The notes below the pieces were generated by a model. The model made no database searches and was not told where the DNA came from. It saw nothing but the letters and a program-made list of their open reading frames with translations. DNA of 64,000 nt, from contig MHBL01000459.1 in NCBI GenBank assembly GCA_001803235.1, positions 4,840-68,839 of the forward strand, read 5' to 3'. Below, one piece after another: positions 29,321 to 38,473 of the stretch (within the stretch, counting starts at the first letter, position 1; the number at the start of each line of letters is the position of its first letter). The translations under genes and the position numbers were made by a program. The stretch comes from Lentisphaerae bacterium RIFOXYA12_64_32. GTDB lineage: Bacteria; Verrucomicrobiota; Lentisphaeria; Oligosphaerales; YB12-FULL-65-16.

Positions 29321-31222
29321 ATGCGAGCGATCATTTTGGCGGCAGGCATGGGAACGCGGCTTCGCCGAGTCTTGGGAGGCAGGCCCAAGCCTCTGTTTGA
29401 GGTCGGCGGCATGAGCCTGTTGGAGCATTCGCTGACGTCGCTGGCGGTGGCCGGAATCCGGGAGGTTGCGGTCGTGGTCGGGTATGAGGGGGGGGCAATA
29501 CGCCAAACGCTGGCCAACGTTGCGGGAGGCCTTGCCCTGGAAGTCGTCGAGAATCGTCTTTACGGGACAACGGGCAGCATGCACTCCCTCCACCTGGCGC
29601 TGCCACGGCCGCAGGAGTGCCTGGTTCTGGATGGCGACATCGTCTACTCGCCGGAGATCCTGACCCGCCTTCTCGGAAGCCGGGACGAAGATGTCGTTGC
29701 GCTCGCGGAGTGCTCCGGGAGCGGCGACGAGGTCTACGTGACTCTGGACGAGAAGGGGACCGTGTCGCACCTGGGCAAGACGCATCCTGACGGCGGTACG
29801 GTCTTGGAGTTCACGGGAATTGCGAAGTTCTCCGTGCCGTTCCTGGAGAGCTTGATCCTGCTTCACGAGGAGAACTTCCGCAACGGGATCCAGGGTGAGT
29901 ACTGGGAGGACTGTGCTTTCAGGGCGGCAAGGCTGCAGCCTTGGTATGGGCTGTTCACGCCTCTGCCGTGGTCGGAAGTGGACAAAGAGGCGGATGTCCC
30001 ACGGGCGGAGCGAGTTCTCCGGGAAATCGGCAGAACTCACCCTCACTTGCGGGCCGGTGCAGGGAAGATAGAGTTCGGTCTGATGCACACGCCAATGACC
30101 CCCGTCAAGCGGAACATTCTGTTGAATCCCGGTCCGGCCACGACGACCGACACGGTCAAGTACGCGCAGGTGGTCCCGGACATTTGCCCTCGGGAGGCCG
30201 AGTTTACCGCCTTGCTTGCCAGGATTGGCCTTGCCTTGGTGCGGATCGCCGAAAGCACGGAAGACGAGCATGCCGCCGTCCTCTTTGGCGGCTCCGGGAC
30301 CGCGGTGATGGATGCCGTCGTCAACTCCATGGTCCCGGCCGCCGGCAAGCTGGCGATCGTTGACAACGGCGCCTACGGCCGTCGGCTGGTGCAGATTGCC
30401 CGGAGCTATGGTATCGCGCCTGCCGTCATTTCGTTGCCGTGGACAGTTCCCGTAACCCCCGCCATGGTCCGCAAGGTCTTGGCCGAGGATCGAGCCATCA
30501 CGGGCTTGACCATGGTGCACCATGAGACCACCACCGGATTGGTTAACCCGGTGGCTGAAATAGGACCCGTTGCGGCCGAGTTCGGTTGCCTCTTTGCCGT
30601 CGACGGAATCTCCAGCTTTGCCGGCATGCCCCTGGACGTGAGGGGAGCGGGGATTGACTTCCTTCTCTCCACCTCGAACAAGTGCCTTCAGGGAATGCCG
30701 GGGGTGGCTTTTGTGATTGCCAGCCGGACCGCCCTGGAAAGGATTCGCGACTATCCACGGCGTTCTTACTACCTGAATCTCTACGACCAGCACACCAGCC
30801 TCCAGCGCACGGGCGAGATGCGCTTCACCGCCCCGGTGCAGTGTTTCTACGCCCTGGAACAAGCGATCCGGGAGTTCAAGGCCGAGGGAGCTGTCGCCCG
30901 GCACAAGCGCTACGCGGACTGTTCTGTATGTCTTCGGGCGGGGTTGCGTGAGTTGGGGTTCTCCCTGCTGCTGGACGACGCGGTCGCCTCAACGATGATG
31001 ACCACGGTCGTCGAACCTGCCCATCCCCTCTGGCGCTTCTCCACGGTCCATGACGAACTGTACCGGCGCGGGTTTACCATCTACCCCGGAAAGCTATCTG
31101 CAGCCCGCACGTTTCGCCTTGCCAACATCGGGGCCATCACGCTGGACGATATCCGCGCGTTTCTTGCCGCGCTCCGTGACGTGTTGACTGGAATGGGACT
31201 GAAGCGGGAGGATCTGCATTGA
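29321..31222 (+). CDS. NTP-transferase (PntC/LicC-like) fused to 2-aminoethylphosphonate transaminase
   Basis: N-terminus MRAIILAAGMGTRL...PKPL...LDGD...WSEVDKEAD; C-terminus ILLNPGPATT, GSGT, NGAYG, HHETTTG, VDGISSF, STSNKCLQGMPG, RFTAPVQ, IYPGK, FRLANIG (PhnW/AepZ family). Confidence 0.92.
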   Translation: MRAIILAAGMGTRLRRVLGGRPKPLFEVGGMSLLEHSLTSLAVAGIREVAVVVGYEGGAIRQTLANVAGGLALEVVENRLYGTTGSMHSLHLALPRPQECLVLDGDIVYSPEILTRLLGSRDEDVVALAECSGSGDEVYVTLDEKGTVSHLGKTHPDGGTVLEFTGIAKFSVPFLESLILLHEENFRNGIQGEYWEDCAFRAARLQPWYGLFTPLPWSEVDKEADVPRAERVLREIGRTHPHLRAGAGKIEFGLMHTPMTPVKRNILLNPGPATTTDTVKYAQVVPDICPREAEFTALLARIGLALVRIAESTEDEHAAVLFGGSGTAVMDAVVNSMVPAAGKLAIVDNGAYGRRLVQIARSYGIAPAVISLPWTVPVTPAMVRKVLAEDRAITGLTMVHHETTTGLVNPVAEIGPVAAEFGCLFAVDGISSFAGMPLDVRGAGIDFLLSTSNKCLQGMPGVAFVIASRTALERIRDYPRRSYYLNLYDQHTSLQRTGEMRFTAPVQCFYALEQAIREFKAEGAVARHKRYADCSVCLRAGLRELGFSLLLDDAVASTMMTTVVEPAHPLWRFSTVHDELYRRGFTIYPGKLSAARTFRLANIGAITLDDIRAFLAALRDVLTGMGLKREDLH

Positions 31223-32016
31223 ACTTCGGTGAGATCCGGGCCCAGATGTACGCCCACAACCTCCGGGGTTACCCGTGTTTGCTGGACTGGCGCCACAGCC
31301 CCTACACCTGCCTCAAGGCGCGCTACTACATGGAGTTCAGTGCGGTACTGGTCTGGTTCCTGCAGAAGACGCCCATCACGGCCAACATGGTCACCGTCGC
31401 TTATGTCGCCTGCGGATTTGCGACCATGATCCTGCTGGCCGTGCCCAGCCGATGGGCTGTCCTGGCGGCCATTCTGGTTGCCTTCAACAAGGGGATCTTC
31501 GACTGGAGTGATGGCGCTTTGGCGCGTCTGCGTGGGCAGTGTTCGGGCAAAGGGCACATTCTCGACTGCTACGGCGCCATTGTCAACGACGTCGGACTGC
31601 TCACCGGTCTGGGGCTTTACGTGGCAACGCGGTCAGGCCAGGATCTCTACTGGCTTGCTGTGCCCGTCATTCCGGTCCTCTACGCACTCGATCTTCCCCG
31701 GTTCCGCGACCACATATTGCAGACTACACCTCCTGCCGTCCAGGATGCTCAGTCCAGCGACCGGTGTGCGCTCAAAGGAGCAGAAGAGACGCCGGCCGTC
31801 TCCCGCCTGTCATGGCGCGGCCAGGCTTTTACTGCGTTTGAGGCCATTCTGGACGCTCGTGCCCGGGGTGTGGATACCATCTGTGCTATCCTGGCTATGG
31901 AACTCGCAACGGACATCCGCATCTCATGGGCTGTCTTTCTCTTCCTGGTCTTCAAACACATCGTGATCTACGTGCTGCAGACGGGAAGGTACCTGGCCTC
32001 TGGACCTGACGCCTGA
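31219..32016 (+). CDS. CDP-alcohol phosphatidyltransferase family protein
   Basis: ITANMVT and the signature FDWSDGALARLRGQCSGKGHILD (D..DG..AR...G...D); TTGA overlap. Confidence 0.85.
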   Translation: MNFGEIRAQMYAHNLRGYPCLLDWRHSPYTCLKARYYMEFSAVLVWFLQKTPITANMVTVAYVACGFATMILLAVPSRWAVLAAILVAFNKGIFDWSDGALARLRGQCSGKGHILDCYGAIVNDVGLLTGLGLYVATRSGQDLYWLAVPVIPVLYALDLPRFRDHILQTTPPAVQDAQSSDRCALKGAEETPAVSRLSWRGQAFTAFEAILDARARGVDTICAILAMELATDIRISWAVFLFLVFKHIVIYVLQTGRYLASGPDA

Positions 32017-32038
32017 AACTCAACCGCCTTCGCCACCG

Positions 32039-34081
32039 GTGAGCTTCCGCTGCCCGACGTGCAGGGATCCGCTTGCTCAAGAGACGGAGCACCTTGTCTG
32101 CCGGCGCTGCGAACGTCACTACCCGCTGGTGCGCGGCATTCCGGATTTCCGGACCGAATCAGGGTACTGGTGCAACGTTTCCCGGCAGGTGCTGCGGGAA
32201 CTTGTCGACGACGCCCGGACCTCCGGCGACTGGCGAGCCGCCGCCAACCGCCATGTCCCTGACTACGTCGAGCATTTCACCTCACGGGGCCGCGCGGACT
32301 TCCGTTTCCTCCTCCCCCTCGACAGAACCTCGGTGGTCCTCGATGCGGGGGCCATGTGGGGTGGAATCACCGTGCCGATGGCACCCGAGGCCGGTACGGT
32401 CTATGCGGTCGACAAGACGCTCGAAACCATCGAGTTCCTCGACCTGCGAGCCAAGCAGAGCGGGCTTGGCAACGTCCGCGTCTGTGCCTGCGGGTTGGAC
32501 AAGCTTCCTTTCCAGGACGGCTTTTTCGACATTGTCATCCTTTCCGGAGTGCTGGAGTGGGTTGCCGTTGATGAGGAAACGGTCTTGGCCCGGGATTACT
32601 TCCAGCCGCGGCACGACCGACGTTCCTACGGCCTGGCCCCGGAACGCGTTCAGACTGACGTCCTGACGGAACTACGGCGCGTGCTCAAGGCGACCGGGGT
32701 TCTGTGTCTCGCAATCGAAAATCGCTATGGGCTTCCCTACTTCCTGGGGAAACCGGATGACCACGTGAACGTCAGGTTCGTACCGCTCCTACCGCGGCGT
32801 TTGGCGAACCTTGTGACGCAGTGGCGACTGAACTCACCGTATCGTACCTACACCCACTCAGACCGGGCCCTGCGATCCATGCTGGGTGAAGCTGGTTTCG
32901 ACACCGTGAAGGTCATGGGGTGTTCGCCGCACTACATCGAACCCGATTTCATCTGCAACCAAGTCAGGGCCAGGTACTATCTCAGAAAGCACCGGCATCG
33001 GCTGGGACGAAAGTACGGCCTGATGTCCAGACTCCTCCCCGCCTCCCTTCTGTCGAAGACCATTCCGAGCTTCGTCGTCCTCGCTGGGGGGGCAAACGGC
33101 ACCCAAACCGAGCAGGCCAAACTGGCTCGGGTTTTCGATGACGCCATGGCGCACAAGGCGGTCGGTCCGGTTCGGGAACTCGCCTTGGTCGATAGCCGCA
33201 AGGGTGATGACCTGCCGGCGTGTTTCGAGGTCTGGACGGCCGACGGCTCTGTCCCAAGCCATTTCTGCAAGGTGGCGCGCGACCCCGGTGCCGCGGCGAT
33301 TCTCAAAGACGAGTGCGAGAACATGGGCCGGTTCCATGCCGCTTGCCGCGAGCCCTTCGGTGCCGTGGTTCCTCCCCAAGCCCTTGTCGAACGGGATGAC
33401 GTTCGCATGTTGATTTACCGACACCTGGGCGGCAAGGTCAGCACGCCCAAGGCTCTGTATCGCGGCTTTCTGGCTACCCGTCGCCTTGAGCACGCGGCCC
33501 TGCGGGCGATCGAGTTGTTGTGCGAATTCCAGCGGCAGACGTTCCAGCGGAAGGTCCGCATGAGAGACCTGTTGACAGCCCTTGACGGCTGGCTCGCCCG
33601 CATCGGCGTCCTTGACGCCGCCTCGGCGGCGAACGTCGCTCACCTCAGGGAGGAGCTCGAGAGACTCGGGGACCGGGAACTGCCGGTGTGTGCCGTCCAC
33701 GGCGATTTCAACCTGGGGAACATCATGGTGTGTGGCAAGGAGCGGTACCTCCTGGATTTCGAGCACTACGAGGACACGGGGCTCCCGTTCTTTGACCTTG
33801 GGAACATAACGATATCGACGCTGCTGATGGCCTTCGACGCCCGCGTCTTCCTCGGCCAGGAGCATCATCGTAGGGCCGTCGCCCTTTTCCGATCCTGGGT
33901 TTCCGCGTATCAGAAGTTGAGTGGGATCGACACCGAGGTGCTCCGCTTTCTCTGTCCTCTGGCAGCCTTGGAGCAGAAGGCGAAGACCTATCCCGCGCAC
34001 CGGGATCCGGCCACATATCCCATGTTCCCGGACCCCGTGTTCACAAAACTGTTGGCCCCCCGTGAGTCTTTCTGGCAGTAA
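32039..34081 (+). CDS. Trm112-like Zn knuckle + class I methyltransferase + APH/kinase-like fusion protein
   Basis: CPTC...CRRC...GIPDF; VLDAGAMWG, LPFQDGFFD, GVLEW, AIENRYG; C-terminal VHGDFNLGNI...LDFE...DL. Confidence 0.75.
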   Translation: MSFRCPTCRDPLAQETEHLVCRRCERHYPLVRGIPDFRTESGYWCNVSRQVLRELVDDARTSGDWRAAANRHVPDYVEHFTSRGRADFRFLLPLDRTSVVLDAGAMWGGITVPMAPEAGTVYAVDKTLETIEFLDLRAKQSGLGNVRVCACGLDKLPFQDGFFDIVILSGVLEWVAVDEETVLARDYFQPRHDRRSYGLAPERVQTDVLTELRRVLKATGVLCLAIENRYGLPYFLGKPDDHVNVRFVPLLPRRLANLVTQWRLNSPYRTYTHSDRALRSMLGEAGFDTVKVMGCSPHYIEPDFICNQVRARYYLRKHRHRLGRKYGLMSRLLPASLLSKTIPSFVVLAGGANGTQTEQAKLARVFDDAMAHKAVGPVRELALVDSRKGDDLPACFEVWTADGSVPSHFCKVARDPGAAAILKDECENMGRFHAACREPFGAVVPPQALVERDDVRMLIYRHLGGKVSTPKALYRGFLATRRLEHAALRAIELLCEFQRQTFQRKVRMRDLLTALDGWLARIGVLDAASAANVAHLREELERLGDRELPVCAVHGDFNLGNIMVCGKERYLLDFEHYEDTGLPFFDLGNITISTLLMAFDARVFLGQEHHRRAVALFRSWVSAYQKLSGIDTEVLRFLCPLAALEQKAKTYPAHRDPATYPMFPDPVFTKLLAPRESFWQ

Positions 34082-34090
34082 CTGACGACG

Positions 34091-35647
34091 ATGCACGGAC
34101 GTCTGCACAAAGTCCTTCTGATCAATCCCCCCGTTACGCTTCTCCCCGACAAGCGGAACTTCAACGTGAATTTCCCGACGGGGCTGGCCTACGTGGCCGC
34201 GGCTCTGGAGCTGGGCGGATATGAAGTCGCGGTCCTGGACGCCATCGCCGAGGGCTACGACCGTCAGGTCCTGGTCGGAGAAGGGCCTGAGCAAAGGCTG
34301 CAACTCGGCCTGTCGAACGAAGCGATCTCGGAGCGCGTAAAGGCGTGCCGCCCCGACGTCGTCGGAATCAGTGCCATGTTCTCGTTCCAGCGCGAGAACT
34401 ACCACCGGGTTGCGGCGACGGTGAAGACGGCGGGGCCCAACACTCTGGTGATCGTGGGTGGCGCCCATGCGACGGCCGACCCCCGCGAGGTGATGTCCGA
34501 CGCGCAGGTCGACTATGTCGTGATCGGCGAGGGCGAAAAGACCAGCGTCGAACTTCTTGACCACCTTTCCAGTGGCCGCGATACCTGCACGCTGGATGGA
34601 ATCGCCTACCGTGATTCCCAAGGTGTGACATGGGTCAGACCGCCTACCTCCCTTCTGAAGGTGGACGACCTTCCGATGCCTGCCCGCCATCTCTTCCCGG
34701 TGGAGCGTTACTTCGCGGCCGGGCAGCGCCATGGTGCCCATCGGGGGGCCGGGTTTCGGAGCCTGCCGATCCTCACGTCACGGGGGTGTCCGTTCCACTG
34801 CTGTTTCTGTTCCGCCTACCAGATGTTCGGGCGCACCTACCGGGCCAGAGACGCCGCCGCCGTGCTCGCGGAGATCGACGAATTGGTCAAGACCTACAAC
34901 GTGGAAGACATCTACCTCAACGACGACCAGTTCCTGGCCCAGAAAGCCAGGGCGATGCGGATCCTCGACGGGATCATCGCGAAGAACTACGGAATCACCT
35001 TCGATGCGCCGAACGGGATCTCCCCGTGGATGTTGGACGAGGAGATCGCCGCCAAGCTGAGAAAGGCCGGATTCCGGGACCTGTTCATCGCCGTCGAGTC
35101 CGGGAATCAGTGGGTCCTCGATAACATCATACGCAAACCGGTTCAACTGCGCGACATCCCAGACAAGGTGCAGATCCTCAAGAGGCAGGGTTTCAAGATA
35201 TCGGTCGCCTTGGTGGTTGGGAGTTTCTCGGACACGCATGTGGAAACCCTGCAGCAGATGCAGGACTCTTTCGATTACGTAACGGGTCTGGACGTTGATG
35301 ACTTGACCGTCTCGGCCCTTACCCCCCACGCCGGATCGTCGGCCTTCGAGGTAGGGCAGAGGCGCGGCTACATTGGTGCGCAGTACACCGAAAGTGGCTA
35401 CGACCGGTCCCAGGTCAACACGCCCCTGTGGACCAGCGAAGAGGTGAACCGACTCATCGTGATCGAGAAGGCGCTCTTCTTCCGGAGGAGACACGGGTTG
35501 GTCAGGTTTGCCGTGAGGCCGTTCCTGAGAACCTGCAGGTCGGTCCTGCTCAAGCCTCGGTACAGACTGCTCGACGCGCTCCATCGTTGGTGTCGCATCT
35601 GGCGTAGGAAGAGCGTGCCGAGCGCCGCAATCGGAAGCTTGGTTTGA
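34091..35647 (+). CDS. Cobalamin-binding radical SAM protein #2
   Basis: PTGLAYVAAAL, GGAHAT, GEGEKT, SRGCPFHCCFC, DDQF, VESGNQ. Confidence 0.9.
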   Translation: MHGRLHKVLLINPPVTLLPDKRNFNVNFPTGLAYVAAALELGGYEVAVLDAIAEGYDRQVLVGEGPEQRLQLGLSNEAISERVKACRPDVVGISAMFSFQRENYHRVAATVKTAGPNTLVIVGGAHATADPREVMSDAQVDYVVIGEGEKTSVELLDHLSSGRDTCTLDGIAYRDSQGVTWVRPPTSLLKVDDLPMPARHLFPVERYFAAGQRHGAHRGAGFRSLPILTSRGCPFHCCFCSAYQMFGRTYRARDAAAVLAEIDELVKTYNVEDIYLNDDQFLAQKARAMRILDGIIAKNYGITFDAPNGISPWMLDEEIAAKLRKAGFRDLFIAVESGNQWVLDNIIRKPVQLRDIPDKVQILKRQGFKISVALVVGSFSDTHVETLQQMQDSFDYVTGLDVDDLTVSALTPHAGSSAFEVGQRRGYIGAQYTESGYDRSQVNTPLWTSEEVNRLIVIEKALFFRRRHGLVRFAVRPFLRTCRSVLLKPRYRLLDALHRWCRIWRRKSVPSAAIGSLV

Positions 35648-35652
35648 CCCCG

Positions 35653-36579
35653 ATGGTCTCCGTCGTCATCCCCTGCTACAACGCCGCCGCGTTCATCGGC
35701 GAGGCCGTCGGGTCAGCCTTGATGCAGACGATGCGAGACCTGGAGGTCATTGTCGTCGACGATGGCTCTACGGACGACACGGCCGACATCGTCAGGGGTA
35801 TCGACGACGCCCGCGTGCAGTACATTTTCCAGGAGAACGCGAGCCAGGCGATGGCCAGGAATGCCGGCATCGGCGTCGCCCGTGGTGAGTTCGTCGCTTT
35901 TCTCGATGCGGATGACCGATGGTACCCCGAGAAACTGGCGAAGCAGATGCCGCTCTTCACGACTCCGGACGTCGGCCTGGTCTGCTGCCAGTTCGACATC
36001 GCTGACCCAGAAGGAACCGTCGTGACCCGGGGCCGGCAAAGGTTGCATCGGGGCCGCGTGTTGGCTCAGCTTCTTCTCGATAACTTCGTCTGTTGCTCAT
36101 CCGTGGTGGTCAGGTCTTCACTTCTCCATGGCGAGCACCGTTTCAGGGCGGGGCGGAAGGGGGTGGAGGACTGGGACCTGTGGCTGAGGCTGGCGATGCG
36201 AAGCCAGTTCGACTTCGTCGAGGAGGCGTTGCTTGGCTATCGTGCGCACCCAGGCTCAGTATCCCGGAACCTGGACTTAATCGTCGAGGGCGTGCGTGTG
36301 ACGGCCACGGCCACGGAACGCGACATCCGTTCCAGGTGCGCCCCAAGCGAGCAGGCCGGCCTACTGCGGAATCTGCACCGGGCCTTGGCGCGTGAAAACA
36401 TGGCTTACGCGCACTGGCTGTTGCGTGAAAGCAGGAACGCGGATGCGGCGGGAGCCTGCAAAGCGGCGCTGCGGGTCGCGCGCCCAACTCTTGGCATCCT
36501 GCGCGACGCAGCAAAGTTCGCAGTTAAGGCGGGGGTTTGGGGGATCCTTGGAAGACCCGGGCACGGGAATGGTCGCTGA
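35653..36579 (+). CDS. GT2 glycosyltransferase
   Basis: VSVVIPCYN, VVDDGSTD, ARNAGI, FLDADD, EDWDLWLR. Confidence 0.92.
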   Translation: MVSVVIPCYNAAAFIGEAVGSALMQTMRDLEVIVVDDGSTDDTADIVRGIDDARVQYIFQENASQAMARNAGIGVARGEFVAFLDADDRWYPEKLAKQMPLFTTPDVGLVCCQFDIADPEGTVVTRGRQRLHRGRVLAQLLLDNFVCCSSVVVRSSLLHGEHRFRAGRKGVEDWDLWLRLAMRSQFDFVEEALLGYRAHPGSVSRNLDLIVEGVRVTATATERDIRSRCAPSEQAGLLRNLHRALARENMAYAHWLLRESRNADAAGACKAALRVARPTLGILRDAAKFAVKAGVWGILGRPGHGNGR

Positions 36580-36670
36580 AGTGAGGTCGGGCCGGTCTGG
36601 ACAGGCTCTCCGGAAACGGGCTGTCAAGCGATGATCCAGTGAGTCGTGCGGGACCGCCCGTGGATATCAC

Positions 36671-38146
36671 ATGCGTATGAAAGTCCTCTTTGTCTACCCC
36701 GGCTACATTGTGCGGGAGGTGCCGCTTAACCTCCTCTACGTGAGTGCCTGTGCCCGGGCTCGCGGGCACGAGTGCCGGCTCTTCCACTTCAGCGAGTTCC
36801 GGGTCCCTGAATGGTTCCGGTCGACCGGCGACCGGATCGCCGAGCGATTCGGCACCATCCTCGACGAGTACCGCCCGGATGTGGTCGGCTTCAGCGTGAT
36901 GGTTCAGGACTATCAGGTCACGAAGCGCCTCACCTCCCTGGCCAAAAAGCGCGGCGCGACGGTGATCTGGGGCGGGATCGAGGCGATCCTCGAACCGTTG
37001 CGGTGTCTCTCCGAGCCGGACGTTGACTTCGTCTGCACCGGTGAGGGCGAGGCGGTGTTCCCCGAGTTCCTCGCCTTTCTCCAGAACGGCCGCACGGGTT
37101 CGCCGCCGCGGGGCATATGGTATCGGGACGAAGCCGGCAAACCGATCGACAACGGCCGGCCGGACCTGATTGCGGACTTGGATGCGCTGCCGTTTCCCGA
37201 TCGCGAGCTGCTGCCGGCCCGCTACTACCGTGCCGAATTGACCGGCGCGAACGTCATGACGGCGCGCGGGTGTCCGTTCCCCTGCACGTTCTGCCAGAAC
37301 CAACGACTCATGGACATCTTCCGTGGGCATGGAAGTTTTGTGCGCTATCGCAGCCTCGAGAGTGTACTGCAGGAGATGGAGTGGCTGGTCAAGACCTACG
37401 ATTCGCCCTGTTTCTACATGTCCGATGAAATTTTCACGCTCAACCGGGCCCGGGTCTTGGAGTTCTGCCGAGTGTATCCCTCCCGGATCGGCAGGCCTTT
37501 CCTGGTCCAGACGCGAGTCGACCGCATGGATGAAGAACTGGCCGAAGCGGTGAGCCGGGCGGGCTGCGTCCTGGTCAACTTGGCCATCGAGAGCGGGAAC
37601 GACGAGATCCGGTGTCAGGTGCTGGGGAAAGGCACGTCCCGGGAGCAGATCGAAAAGGCGTTTCGCGTCGTGCACGAGCATGGGATGATGTCGTCCAGCT
37701 TCAACATGATCGGAGTGCCCGGGGAGACCCTCGCGAGTATCTGGGACACCATTGAGGTGAACCGCAAGCTCAAACCCGACCGGATCCTGTGCTCGATCTT
37801 CATGCCTCTGCCCGGAACTGAACTGGGCGAATCCTGCCGCGCCAAAGGAATGACGCGGGGCAATGTCTACGAAACGACCAACTACTACTCCCAGGTCACT
37901 GTCGATCTGCCGGGAATCCGCCCCCGGACGCTCATCGGATACCAGGGGTTCTTTGATTGGTTTGTTCTACTTCCCAGATGGCTGCACCCGGCGGTCCACG
38001 CGCTGCGCATTCTCTATCAGCTGGCCGTGCCGCCGGACCTGCCGCGGCATACCCCGCTGCGGAAAGCCCGGGAAATCGTGGTGGAGTTCGTTTACCAGAG
38101 CAAGCGCTTTCTGCCCGGCAAACGCCTGAAGGTCAAGACACGCTGA
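36671..38146 (+). CDS. Cobalamin-binding radical SAM protein #3
   Basis: PLNLLYVSA, WGGIEA, GEGE, LPFPDREL, ARGCPFPCTFC, SDEIF, IESGN, NMIGVPGET. Confidence 0.9.
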   Translation: MRMKVLFVYPGYIVREVPLNLLYVSACARARGHECRLFHFSEFRVPEWFRSTGDRIAERFGTILDEYRPDVVGFSVMVQDYQVTKRLTSLAKKRGATVIWGGIEAILEPLRCLSEPDVDFVCTGEGEAVFPEFLAFLQNGRTGSPPRGIWYRDEAGKPIDNGRPDLIADLDALPFPDRELLPARYYRAELTGANVMTARGCPFPCTFCQNQRLMDIFRGHGSFVRYRSLESVLQEMEWLVKTYDSPCFYMSDEIFTLNRARVLEFCRVYPSRIGRPFLVQTRVDRMDEELAEAVSRAGCVLVNLAIESGNDEIRCQVLGKGTSREQIEKAFRVVHEHGMMSSSFNMIGVPGETLASIWDTIEVNRKLKPDRILCSIFMPLPGTELGESCRAKGMTRGNVYETTNYYSQVTVDLPGIRPRTLIGYQGFFDWFVLLPRWLHPAVHALRILYQLAVPPDLPRHTPLRKAREIVVEFVYQSKRFLPGKRLKVKTR

Positions 38147-38183
38147 AGATGGGACTCACGTGTTCGGTGTTCAGCGAAGGAAT

Positions 38184-38372
38184 CGACCTGTGCGGGTAAA
38201 TCCGACCGCGCGGAAGTACGGCCGCAGTGGCTCGGCGCGTCCCGCGCCGAAGCGGGGTGCGCCGGCCGGCCTGTCCGGCGAAGCTGCCTGGGCGAAGTCG
38301 GATCCCCGGCCGAGGGCCTCGGGCCGGGACGGCCCCGAGCACCCTGCTGCGGTCCCGGAGGTCCCGCGCCAC
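38184..38372 (+). repeat. Type B hairpin repeat with a single CGACCTGTGC end
   Basis: Begins CGACCTGTGCGGGTAAATCC; GTGGCTCGGCGCGTCCCGCGCCG...GGTCCCGGAGGTCCCGCGCCAC body also found at 43483-43618 and (reversed) 63494-63683. Confidence 0.8.
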
Positions 38373-38473
38373 GGCCTGCCACTGCGCACAACGTGCTCAG
38401 CCCGAACACCGAAACCCTGATTCCAGCACGCGCGGTGTGATCGCTGAGTAGTTCTGAAGATGAAAGACTGAAG

